Positions 1 to 12,285 of a stretch of 64,000 nucleotides of DNA are shown here, one piece after another. Below the pieces are notes generated by a model that saw nothing but the letters and a program-made list of their open reading frames with translations, made no database searches and was not told the DNA's origin. The stretch comes from Octopus sinensis (Eukaryota). Location of the stretch: the NCBI RefSeq assembly GCF_006345805.1, contig NC_043003.1, positions 47,554,001-47,618,000 on the forward strand, given 5' to 3'. The first letter of the stretch is position 1. Every line of letters starts with the position of its first letter. Made by a program: the position numbers and the translations under genes.

Positions 1-300
1 GTCAATGGGTTCTGCTTGAAACACTTCAAACATTTATCCTAAAGTTTGGGAAGGGAAAAAGCATCCAAGAGCTCAGGTTTGTTACTGGTTCTTATCAGGA
101 TTCAAACATAGTTGTCAGTGTATGTGATATAGGTCTAAAATAATTGTGTATTGAGGAGAGAAAGGTACCTGGCTCCTACATTTCCTCATTAGATATTCTC
201 AGTTCTGTGAATTTCATGGCTACCAAGAAGAGGTGAACTTTTCAGACCTGGTTTCTGATGGAGGAGAAGTAACCCCTCCTTCATCTGTTCCGCAAACCTT
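1..300 (-). mobile_element. Decayed LINE APE-endonuclease fragment
   Basis: Minus-strand translation KVHLFLVAMKFTE..EPGTF..RPISHTLTTM resembles an RTE endonuclease; many stops. Confidence 0.35.
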
Positions 301-875
301 CTCTTAAGGTTAGCTTTCCTTCATTAGGATCTCTTTTTTACTATTTTCATATTTTAATGCTACTCTCAACAATTGTCACCTAGTTTTTTTCTACATGCCT
401 TCTTCACTGACGATTGGCATTTGAGTGGAATTACTGGTTGTAACCAAGAGAGGCGGTCTACTTCCATCTGCTGGTACATAACCCTGTATCTTTCTTTCCT
501 TGGTACAAGATTGTTTTAGACCAATATGAAATACACTGACAGCCAAGTTTGAATCCTAACAATGATCAGTTACAAATTATCTTGCTGGCTTCTTCCTGTT
601 CTGGAAGGCTGAAGCAAAAGTGTTAGCAAATAATTTCCCACCAGTTACATGCTTGAATTACGAGCAAAAAGAAAATATATGTACATATAACTGGATAAAT
701 AAATCATGAGTTGGAATGTTGCTTCAGTGGTGATGCACCAGCAAATGAAATTCAACTGTTTCTGATAAACACTGGATCCAGTGAATGAGCTGCACACAAG
801 TAAAGAAGGTTGCTTGGTGCTAGGTATGATAAATAGAAATTATCTGTTTAATGTTTTATAATCAGTAGCATCAGT

Positions 876-1260
876 AGGCTCAGGTGTGGCTGTGTGGTAA
901 GAAGCTTGCTTCCCAACCACATGGTTCTAGGTTCAGTCCCACTGCATGGCACCCTGAGCAATTTTCTTCTACTATAGCCTCAGGCTAGCAAAAGCCTTGC
1001 AAGTGTATTTGGTGGATGGAAACTGAAGGAAGCCTGTTGTATACATGTGTGTGTGTGTACTTCTGTGCGTGTCTTTGTGTCTGTTTGTCCCCCCACCCCA
1101 TCACTGCTTGATAACTGGTGTTGGTGTGGCAAAAGAAACCAATAGAATAATTATTAGGCTTTAAAAAAAATAATTCCTGGGGTCAATTTGTTTGACAAAA
1201 ACTATTCAAGGCGGTGCTCCATCATGGCCACAGTCAAATGACTGAAGCAAATAAAAGAAT
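876..1260 (+). mobile_element. tRNA-derived SINE family A (other copies about 7400-7490 -, 13785-13890 +, 43048-43200 +, 44140-44310 +, 47995-48150 +, 50300-50400 -)
   Basis: Pol III A/B-box-like head gtggctgtgtggt..ggttcagtccc, then ggcaccttgggcaagtgtcttctactatagcc; repeated many times in the window. Confidence 0.85.
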
Positions 1261-2739
1261 CAACTAATGGGTGATTAGTCCTGTTGATTTCCATTGAAGG
1301 AAGCTGCAGAGGTACTTGGAAGGTCAGTGTTCTTGAGTTTTTCCAATAACATCTAGAAATAACTTCAGATGGGGATCAAATACTTATTTTCAAACTAAGA
1401 TATATTTTTTAATGTCTAAAATTCTTGGAAATGAAGGCTAAATCTAAAAACTTTCATAACATTGATTTTTTAACAATAGCTCAAAACCAGATAAATTATT
1501 GGGAAGAGCCATGTTAATTCTAATGGATCTTCAAGGTACTTCATAAATTCATACACCCTCTCTCTTTTGAAAGAAGAACTGTAAAGTCAACTCCAGTGGA
1601 CTTGAAAGTTGTAGGCAAAAAGTTGTAACTACATACTACAAACTATTGTTTATTTCAGTATTCTACTTTCTTGCATTTACCATGCTGAGAGATCATTAGC
1701 AACACAAATGAAATATTATATATATATATATATATGTATATAAATATATGAATTTACAACTAGGTTAGCTGCAGACTTGGCTTTGTGAATTCTTCTTTCA
1801 ACTTCATAGTGCTTACCTCAACAGTTCAAATGCGAAATCTGAATTTGCAGAGCTGTTCAACCAAAACTCAAGTCATAAAATGTTAAAGATACAAAATAGG
1901 CTTTACCATATTATTTCTAATTTTCAATCGTTTTTGTTTCATTAGGAATTTTTATTGATACCTTTATTAGTTATTTTTAATATACTTTTTATAGTTTTTT
2001 TTTAAAATTGTATTTCTACATATTACATAATATTATTTATTTGTATGTATAATTATTTTTATCTGTCATTATATATAACATTTTATTATAAGCTTATTAT
2101 TATAGTACTTTTATATAAACATCATCATCATCATCATTATTATTATTTATTATATTTTTACATAAAGTTTTCAGTGTAGAAAATTCTTCCTTAAAACATT
2201 AAAATTTTATACAAATATGATTTTGAAATTTTTATTTATTATTTATTTATTTGTTGCTGATAATTTATTTTATTTATTACAATTTTTTCATCAGTTTCCA
2301 TCCTTTATTTTTAATAAATTTCTTATTTATTCTCTTCTGTTCATCTTTTGTCAGCTTTTACAATGAAGTATGACAGCAACATAGTTCTATTCTTTTATCT
2401 GCCTTATCCTTTTTCTTTGTTTCAAACATATGGGTGTTTGTATGTTTGTTTGTGTGTGTGTGTGTGTGTGTGTTGTGTGTGTGTGTGGTGTGTGTGTGTG
2501 TGTGTGTGTGAATGATTCTGACACAAGCCAGGTTTTTTAGTTCACATTGTCGATGTTAATTTGAATCTTGTTTTTAAAAGAAAAAAAAATTACACTGATG
2601 ACTATTAGGATTATCTTGATGATGATGTTGATGATAATTTATATAAAATAATAATAATAATAATAATAATAATCAAATCTGATAAAAGAATGGAACAATA
2701 ATGATTATAAAATTTATAATTATAATAAAGATTTCTAAC

Positions 2740-2779
<40 letters not shown>

Positions 2780-2966
2780 TAGTATACATTTTTATACACA
2801 ACAGAGGTGACCTTAACAGGACACCTTACATGCTGGAAAGGACAGTTAAAGCACAAACCACGAATAGAAATAATTTCAAAGGAAATTAAAAATATAAATA
2901 TTTTAATAGTTACCCTTATACTTGAGTTTCAACATCAATGTGCAAATAAAATAATTTGCCATCCAT

Positions 2967-3009
<43 letters not shown>

Positions 3010-3952
3010 ATATATATATAGTGTGTGTGTGTGTGTATATATGTGTGTATATATACATGTGTGTATATATGTGTGTGTATTTATGTGTGTGTATATATAT
3101 ATGTATGTGTGTATATATATATATGTATGTGTGTATATATATATGTGTGTGTGTATGTATACACCCATACATATGTATATGCATGTAGCAAATTAAATAA
3201 ATCATATCAAAACTAATGATACATCCATAATAACAATACGATTGCCATCCAATACTTGATACAATGATACAATCCCTATCTGATACTATAATATAATCAC
3301 AAGGAATATTATTTCAGTGTCACCACCCGATTACCCAATGCTACAGCACAATCTCCACAATCCAAACAGGATATACTCTATACACAACAAACAGGCGAAA
3401 CACTAAAGTAACATCAGAAACATGAAAGAACACTTTTCCACACTACCAAAAAGACAAAGCTGCACTGAGCCTGCAAAACACAGAAATTCATCTGGTGGTA
3501 CATGAAGAACTCATAAAAAATTCTTGAAAACTGTTGATATTAATAATGATGATGATTTCTAACACTGAAACAACATCACAGCTCAAATGAGAATTGTCCA
3601 TCAGTTTTCGCTGCTGTATGGTGTTGGGCATCAATCTCAGGATAGATGAATGTACAGAATATGAACCAAGTAAATGAAATAATAACATACAGTTTAGATA
3701 AAATGACCTAATCCTATCTGTTTTCTGTATGTTGTTTTTTATATAATAATAATAATAATAATAATAAATAATTTGGACAAATAGCTATAATTTAATTAGT
3801 GTGTTTAAATGTTGAGTAGAGCTCTGGCACAGTTTAGGCTACCTGTTGTCATCTACAGTCGTGGTACACTTCTGTTGGAACTATGCAGTGGTAGTTGCGG
3901 TAATAGTATTAATTAATAGTAGGAGATGGATTTCATAATAGACTTTTATTAG

Positions 3953-3995
3953 GTACAACATGTTTTGGCCCCTCAATCTGGGTCTCTTCAGGTAC
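3953..3995 (-). ncRNA. Decayed minimal hammerhead motif (G12 mutated to A)
   Basis: GUAC-CUGAAGA-GACCC(AGAUUGAG)GGGCC-AAA-ACAUGU-U-GUAC followed by AAUAAA. Confidence 0.55.
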
Positions 3996-4222
3996 ATTGA
4001 TAAAGAAGTCTCACTAGAGATTTTTAGTGTCGGCTGGCTTATTGTTATATGCCCATCATGTTAGGGAATGGATAAGAGCAAGTAATATTATAGAAACGCA
4101 AAAAATTCAAATATGAACGTGGAAATCTTGCATTCCAGTTTAGATAAAATGACCTAATCAGCTTTTGCTGTCATAACTCCTTAGAGGAAAAAGTATTAAT
4201 TAATACTATATATATGTATATA

Positions 4223-4363
4223 CAATAGTACCTTGGTTTTGAAACAACTCTGATCATGAATAAATCGTGCTTTATCTCCTGTCTTTCTCATATTCATTTA
4301 ATACAGTGGTACCTCAGTTTACGAACATCTCTGATCACAAATAAATCATGCTTTATATATCTG

Positions 4364-4446
<83 letters not shown>

Positions 4447-4742
4447 GTGTGTGTGTGTATATTTGGATGTATTTCTCCATTTTCTTATTTTGTATTATGA
4501 ATTTGTGGTAAAACATTTTACCTTTGCCCATATAATACAGTAAATGAATTAATTGCATCGCAATTCTTAACATTTATGTATTAACTTTGTTGGGTACTTC
4601 ACTAGCAGTATATTGGATATATGTTATCCCATGGAGGGTTGCATTTACAACCCCTATCTCAATTTGTATATATATATATATATATAGATATAAAGCACAG
4701 TTTATTCATGATCAGAGTTGTTTAAAAACCGAGGTACTATTG
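4223..4742. mobile_element. Tigger-like MITE with 57-bp inverted ends and an extra internal TIR copy at 4304
   Basis: 4219-4275 vs reverse complement of 4690-4746 match 53/57; internal cagtggtacctcagtttacgaac is Tigger-like. Confidence 0.65.
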
Positions 4743-4844
4743 TATATATATTTATACATTTTTAATGATTTCTGCGAGAGGCTGTAGGCACATCAGGGCA
4801 TACACACACATGTGCACACATATATCTCACCTAATATTCTCCAT

Positions 4845-6131
4845 CCTATGACTTCCAGTCTTCTCTTATGAACAAAACTATTTTGTTTGGTGTCCTGCTC
4901 CCCAGGTGTAGGTGTAAGCATCACTTTTGTATTACCAAAGCAATATTACGTTCAAAACTAAACATAAGCTTCAGAAAATTTATCCATTATATATTGCATG
5001 TCTTCTGAATGTGCTACAAAATCCTCATCATCAGCATACATTAGCTCTTGAACCAGTGCCTTAAAATTCTTGGATTTGCTGTTAAAATCTTCTCAGATTG
5101 AAAATTCACCTAGAGGTATGGAACCTTATATGTACACCTCTGTTACGGTCATTTTTAGAATACCAAAGGCAAGTACTGCATTTAGCAAACTAAACAAAAA
5201 TGAGTGGTCAGACAGTGGTGTTAGCTGGCAGACAAGTCTTTAAAGCTTGCATCCTAACAACCCTGTTGTACAGCTGTGAGACATGGATAGTTTTCTAGTA
5301 CCATCTGAAATTACTTGAGAGATTCCATCTGAAATGCCTCAGGCAAATTCTGGCCATGAACTGGACATATTTGATACCAGACATTGACATACTTGAGAGA
5401 TCTCATTGTTCAGCTATTTCGTCTCTTATCAAAAACCAGGTGTGCTCGGCAGGTCACATCATGCAAATGAATGAGAGGCTCCCAAAGAAAATATTCGATG
5501 TTAAATTAATGCAAGGAAGAAGGACACATCATAAACCCAGGAAAAAATTCAGAGACTGCATCAAAGAGAACCTGAAGGGTATAAGAATTGATTTAAATCA
5601 TTGGAAAGAGGAAGCACTGGATCAATCAAATTGGAGAGCAAGGATTACGTCCGCATGTAAAATGTTGAATGAAAAAGAGTGGTGTATGCAAAACTAAAGA
5701 GATCTCTTAAGAGAAGGAGAATTATCAGACACTACTAACAAATAATTGGGACTGTAATATTTGCCAACATGTTCTCAGCAAATCACACTGCGTATCCAAT
5801 CTGAAGGCCCACAAGGATCAAGAGGCACAAACAGATCAGATAGAAGCATTGCTGGCACCTCCAGGCTTCACTACATATCTGATCTACTATAAGACATGCA
5901 AGACCAATCCTGGTCAAAAATACCACCTCCGGGTTCATCAACAACAACTGCTGCAAACTAATAAGATTAATCTTGTGCAACCACAAGATCACATGTCACT
6001 TGTGTTCAGTACCATGTAAGTAATTGGCTGGCCTGAGAAGTCATAGCCTTGCATGTGTAAGGATGGAAGGAAATCAGAACAATCAGGCTGAATGTGAGAT
6101 GGCTATCATCTGAAAAGATGAAGCAATTATC
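4845..6131 (+). mobile_element. 5'-truncated RTE-clade LINE with inverted 5' segment
   Basis: Minus strand 4845-5145 reads FNLRRF..VQELMYADD (YADD at 5027-5038). Plus strand from about 5156 reads RIPKASTAF..LLYSCETW..LERFHLKCLRQIL, then ORF 5356-5697 (GHIMQM..RLPKKIF..WKEEALDQSNWR). Flanked by direct repeat ATTCTCCAT (4836-4844, 6132-6140). Frameshifts and stops make it inactive. Confidence 0.9.
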
Positions 6132-6488
6132 ATTCTCCATTCTGGTATTTATAGCTTTATCTAATTCAAGATCCAGTGTAAAACATGACTCTTACTTTAG
6201 TGAAGAATCTATATTTCAGAATTGTTTTTACCTTTGCAAAATAAATTAAGAATGAAATTTTATTTCCCTTTTCCATTAAAATTTTCAGCTTTCCTGTTAC
6301 ACATTTTGCTTTTTAGTTTAGTCTTATTTTAAGTATTGCTTCACACACTTAACACAAAGTATTCTTTTAAACTTGTTTCACTATGGTTTGTTTGTATTGG
6401 GCCTACTGAAAGTACCAGTGGCTTAGTGGATAAAGACATTTACTAAATGTAGTTTAAAAATAATGTTTCCTAATTCAAATTCTGTTTA

Positions 6489-7005
6489 CCGTAAATCCTC
6501 GAGTATAATTCGCATTTTTTCCCAAAATTTAAAGGTCAAAATCCCTAGTGCGTACTATATACAAGGTTGAAAATGAAAAATATTTTCTAAGCAATGTCCG
6601 AGTCTATTTGCTGTCCTGCAATGTTTATTCAGATGCATTTTGTGATGCCGGGCACGAAAATATCTTAAGCTAAGCCTGAAAGCAATGAAGTAAAAAGAAT
6701 CATCTATAACTTGCAGTAAGCAACATTTATTAAAATAAAGGTATTCAGAACACAGAATAACTTGTAACAAAAACAATTTGCAAACATATTTACATTCCCC
6801 TATAACAGTTAAGAGCATCACCATTATTGTATTACACATGCGCGGAGTTGTTTGTTCAACTAGGTGCTGCTAGCTTAATTACGCACAACTCAAGTTAGAG
6901 AAGTGGTGCGTATTATACACAAGGTTTAGGTTTTTCAGAAGTACAGCCCCCTAAAAATCCCCTGCATATTATACTCAAGGGCAGGCTATACTCAAGGATT
7001 TATGG
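6489..7005. mobile_element. pogo/Tigger-like MITE
   Basis: TA-flanked TIRs ccgtaaatcctcgagtata / tatactcaaggatttatgg (2 mismatches); subterminal tgc(g/a)ta(c/t)tata.(a/t)caagg repeats. Confidence 0.75.
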
Positions 7006-7384
7006 TAAGTAAATATATACCAACATATCTAGGAATAATTCTTTGTGGCAGTGAAAGATTAAATCAATTTGAGCATAGTGTGTATGCATGTCTACATGTA
7101 CATTTATACATAGATAAAATCATATTTTAATATCCACTTTCCCATGGTTGCATGGATTGGACAAAATTTGTTGAGGTTTATTTTCTACAGCCAGATGCCT
7201 GTCCTGTGGCCAACCCCACCTATTTCCATACAAGCTAACATTTACCCTGACCAGACATGCTTTCATGGAAGATGGAGAACAAGCAACATTGCTTGTATAA
7301 CTGTTACTTGTTTACATCTACTACATGATGTCAGAATAGGGAGACACAGACACACACTAATACACATTTATACATATATTACAC

Positions 7385-7418
<34 letters not shown>

Positions 7419-8778
7419 ATACTCACATGATGGGCTTCTTTCAGTTTCTGTTTACCAAATACTCTCACAGCTTTATACATCTCTAACAATTGGCTAGAAA
7501 ATTACAATCTTTATTAGCAACTCATCTCAAACACTTTAACTTTTAAATTATTTCCCACTTTCTCATGATCATTCTGTGTGTGTGTGTGTGTTCATAAATA
7601 TTCATTTATTCATATATATTTTCACATTGATGTCATGTGATTTATATCTTTATGGGTTTTTTTTTTCAATATATGAAAGTTACATAATTGTTTTGCTGTT
7701 GTTGTCGTTGTAGCTGTTGTGTCAGCATTGTTTATTGTTTGATTTATTTGTATAAATTATTACACTTGCATATACATGCATGCATACATTTGTTTGTGTA
7801 TGTGAGTATACAGTCATACAAAGCGACAGACACACTCGATCACTCCACATATTACATTTAAGAACCACAAATCAAAACTTCACACGTATCTATCTACATG
7901 ATACACACACACTCACACACACACACATACATAATTCTTGCTATATTTGTTTTATTTATTTGTTTTATTTTTTGTTATGTTGCATTTTTATTTCATCAGA
8001 ATTTTAAGTTGTACCTAAATTTTTCATTTATTATTGTTGTTACTTGTGTTCCTGCTATTATTCAGTATTGTACATTATATATTATTTGATAATATTTTAT
8101 TTAAGAATGTCATCGTTATTACTGTTGTTGTTGTTGTTGTTGCTTGCATTTATTGTTTTGTACTTTTATTTGAATTTATTTATTTGTGTTTTTTATAAAT
8201 ATATGCCTTTAAGTTTATATATTTATGACTTCTTGTTGATGCTGCTGCTGTTATCAATATTGTGCATTATATTTTGTTATGGTTGAAATATGTGTACATA
8301 CCTATATGTACATGTGTGTATGTGTGTGTGGTGTGTGCATATATATATATATGTGATATACACACACATGCACACTCTCTCAACCTTATTGTATATTTTG
8401 CTTTCATTATTTAATGTCCATTCATTGTTATGGTTATTTATCAATATTGTGCATTATATTTTAAAATATGATTGACACACACACACACACTCACACACAT
8501 TATATTATTTTTATTTTGCTTTTATTTTATGGCTACTATTGTTGTTGTTGCTGCTGCTGTTGTTTTACTGATATTTTTTTATAGGTATTTTTTTAAAAGT
8601 ATTTTTAAGTTTTATTTAATTTTTCCATTTGATTGTTTTACATTTTTTTTTCTCTTGTTTCTTTCTACTTCATTAAGCCTTGTTGTTCTTCACAACCATT
8701 TTGCCCTGCTCCCTACTTGCATGCCCCACCCCACCCCCCACTCCCAACATATATTTTTCCTGTCCGTTACCTCACCAG

Positions 8779-8850
8779 TAGTCAATCAAGCCTATCACCT
8801 AGCTCAGACCATCTTCCAATCTTGGTAGTTGCATCAATGGTTTCACCTGA
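8779..8850 (+). CDS. Candidate 72-nt cassette exon (phase 2-2, SQSSLSPSSDHLPILVVASMVSPE)
   Basis: Pyrimidine tract + CAGTAG tandem acceptor, ga|GTAAAT donor, open frame. Confidence 0.3.
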
Positions 8851-9024
8851 GTAAATTATTTTACTGAAGAAATAGATTTTTTTTTACTTATTAGATAATC
8901 ACTAATCAAAACAAATTCCTCAAAATTTAGTTTTTTCTTGTCATCACACCTTGTGTTTTTTCTTTTGTTCTAACCATTTTTTTCATTTTTGTATCTTTTG
9001 TTTTTGTTAATTACCATTATATTC

Positions 9025-9071
<47 letters not shown>

Positions 9072-9499
9072 CAATCTCACCAGTATTTTTGGGGATCTCA
9101 GAAGGGACTCTTACTAAATTATTATTCTTCGTGTAAAAATAAAGATGTTAATGATAATAGCATAGCAATGAAATTGACTATAATAAATATTATTACCCAT
9201 GCTGGAAAAAATGCTTTAGTGGCGTTTAATCCACCTTTACATTCTGAGTTCAAATTCTACCCAGGTTGTCTTTACCTTTTATCCTTTTGGAGTTGACAAC
9301 TGGGGTTGATGTAATTGTCTTATCCCCTCCCCTGAAATTGCTTGCCTTGTACTAAAGTTTGAAACCATAATTATTATTATTATTATTATTATTTTAAGTT
9401 GATAAAAAATGTCAGTCATTGATTAAATTGAGTACATTTGTGGTTTTGTGCCTAAAGCAGAATTTATTGTGGTATACTATACCACCTTGTCCACTACAA

Positions 9500-9710
9500 G
9501 GCCCAGTCTTTGTTGTGGTGTGGTGGCTTGCCTGTCTCAATGACCCCAAGAGTTATACCAGCAGAGCACAACCTCCTGGTAGAGTCTCTCGTGCTGGACA
9601 GGTCAAAGGATAGAGGTTAGACTAATACAGACTGCCTTTTCCCAGAGGTAAAAATGGATGTTCATGGGACTAACAACCCTATCTAGAAAAAAAGCTAAGT
9701 TACAGAATTA
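9500..9710 (+). mobile_element. Isolated, decayed RTE-like 5' UTR
   Basis: gtggtggcttgcctgtctcaatgacccc..ctcctggtagagtctc..gctggacaggtcaaagg.tagaggt..gggactaacaaccc resembles RTE 5' ends as I recall them. Confidence 0.45.
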
Positions 9711-9889
9711 TCAACAACAATTTGAAATCAACAATATCTGGGTGAGGAAGTCTTCCCCCAGGGAATCAAAAAAGGCAGCCTAGAGTTGAGAGTAGTGGGG
9801 TCAATGGCCTATGCACTGTAGGGAATGAAGAGCTTAAAGATAATAATACCACTTTGTGCCACAATGGTGTGCAGTATACCAACTTGTAG

Positions 9890-10130
9890 GGTGGCAAGCT
9901 GGCAGACTTGTTAGCACACTGGGCGAAATGCTTAGCGGTATTTCACCTGCCTTAACGTTCTGAGTTCAAATTCCGCTGAGGTTGACTTAGCCTTTCATCC
10001 TTTTGGCATTGATTAAATAAGTACCAGTTATGCACTGGGGTCAATGTAATTGACTTAATCCCTTTGTCTGTCCTTGTTTGTCCCGTCTATGTTTAGCCCC
10101 CCTCCCCCCAGGGGCAATAAAGAAATAAGT
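9890..10130 (+). mobile_element. tRNA-derived SINE family B (other copies about 9200-9400 +, 32760-32910 +, 35360-35545 -, 58050-58270 -)
   Basis: ggcag..gttagcac..gggcgaaatgcttagcgg..gttctgagttcaaattccgc.gaggt.gactt.gcctttcatcc..aagtaccag recurs. Confidence 0.85.
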
Positions 10131-11478
10131 ATACCAATTTGTAGTATTTGCCAACAGGGTGCATGATATCCCCTCATGGTGCCTATTAAGTGTTGTACTA
10201 TACCATTATGTGGTATCTATTAACAGCAATGTACTAAAGCATTTTGTGGCATACTATCTTGAAAATCTATTACTAGTAATATGCTCTGCTATTATTTACT
10301 ATATCATTTTGTTGTGTGCATTAGTATGGTGTAATGTGTAGTGTCCAGTAGTATGTATAGTAATATATTGTAGCATTTTGTAGTATGCAGTTTAGTTATA
10401 GCACTTGGGTACCACCTACTTAAAGATAGGTGAGGCTGAGCCATTAAAAGTTAAACATCTTTACTATTGATAGAAAGGAATAGCAAGTCCCAGAATACAA
10501 ACCAACAATCTAATGTCATGTTTTGTATTCTGCTTAGCCCATCCTCAGTGCTTGCATGTGTATATGTATATATATGTTGATGTTTCAACATTCTATAAAT
10601 GTAGATATTTTCATTACTTAATTTCATTGATTATTTGTCATATTAATTATTCTATTTCATCTTTCTTTCTGACGTATTTGGCAACATTTTTTTACACTGT
10701 TTTTTTCCTTTTTGTCTCTTGTTATTTTGCTTTATGTGTGGGTACATACTGCTCCTTCATATAATGCCGCTCTGGTTGTCAGTATTCATAACTATGTAGG
10801 CAACCTCAGAAACGTTTACTAAAAGACCTTTCTGTATTGATTGGTCATCTTGTAAGTGGGGGCGTAAGTACATATGTAAGTACGTGTATATATGTGTGTA
10901 TGCTTTCATATATATGCATTTATGTGTGTGTGTGCTAGTATACACACACACTAGCATGCTAGTGTGCTAGTGTGTATACAGTGTTGTGTAGATAAAAAGT
11001 AACTAGAAATGACCCAGAAATGTTCTAAACGAAGGCATATTCACTTTAATAGAATACTATTGCATTTCTCTTGAAAAACTATCTTTCATGCAAGAAATAA
11101 AATTGTTTTCCAATATTTGTGTAGCACTCTGGTCTCTAATACACCAATGTGCCACTGATAGTCATGCAGTACCAATATATTTTTGTAATCTAAATGGCAT
11201 ATATCTAATTCAAGCATAGAATAAGAACAAAGCATTAAGTAAATGGGAAGATAGTTTTATTTCATGTGAGACTGTTCTTTAATTCTTAAGATAATTTGAA
11301 AAAGAATGCAAACTGGAGTATCATGAGGTACATAACTCATGAGTATAAAATAATTCTTATAATGTGTGGAAACTACCTTGTCCAGAGAAAACCAATATAT
11401 TCAGGTATTGAAACTACAATATATGCAGTGATAAAGAACTGATATAAAGAGTTATAGTAAACCCCAGGTTATATGATA

Positions 11479-12285
11479 CTAGATCTGTACCTGTCACTGC
11501 CTTAGCAATTCTGAGCAGTCGCCAGCTACTCAGGACTCTCAATGGCTTTGTCTTTATCAATAGGAAGTATAAATAGATTATTAAGGCTTCCTACATTTGA
11601 GCATACTACATAAAATTGACCATTAGCAAAGCAGTATTTCTCAAGATGTAGTCCAGCAGCAATTGACAAGGTTTTCTCTGATAGGATTTATCAATTGGCA
11701 TGACAAACTTTAGGTGCTCTATAAACTGAAGTTTCTTAAATTGAAAGAGTAAATATGTTGATATAAATGGAATTCTGGTTCATTTGTTGCACTCAATGAT
11801 AGTAGTCTTTTGGTACGTAACATAAGCTTCTTAACCATTTGTTTTGTGCCAGTGCATAGCCATACTGATCCAAATTATGCAGCAGCATTTTTGAGGATCC
11901 CTTTTTAGCTGAAGTCTATGTGATAGTAGAACTGAAGATTCCAATAAATTCAGGGAAAGTGAACTATTTCTTTATAATCCACAATGATGGCTGTTGATTT
12001 GTAGATGTGACTATTTCCTAGAAATACCTGCAGCAGATGCCAGTCGATACTTCAGATCCAACATTTTGTTCACACATCCATTTGCAGGTTAGTTAATGAT
12101 GCTGCTGGTTGAGGAACCGTATCAATCTCAATTCATCTGCTATTGTAACCATTTCAGTTGCAGGAGCTTGGTTCATAGCGCAATTACTACTGAAAAGAAG
12201 TATTCTTTTTCCAACTTATAATAAATTTTTGGCAAAATTCTTGAACAGCTGATCCCTGAAAATGTTGATTCTCATGTTTGCAGCC
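11479..12285 (-). mobile_element. Helitron fragment (PIF1-type helicase C-terminus plus 3' end)
   Basis: Across frameshifts: NMRI, FAKNLL, WMCE, HRLQLKKG..MLLHNLD..LCTGT..VKKLM, PRIPFI..FQFKKLQF..FVMPIDKS, TLSIAAGLHLE..CFANGQFYVVCSNVG. Minus-strand CTAG|T at 11479 follows a decayed hairpin-like sequence. Confidence 0.85.

Noticed and set aside
728-823. Possible exon ending ctag|GTATGA
   Set aside because: Stops occur in all three frames from the nearest acceptor and there is no RUFY similarity.
876-960. tRNA genes at SINE heads (also 47995, 50433, 9890)
   Set aside because: Only A/B-box remnants; no full cloverleaf, and each continues into a repeated SINE body.
2776-2968. TA-flanked insert with a possible hammerhead relic
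   Set aside because: Neither CUGANGA nor a correctly placed GAAA survives; too decayed to call.
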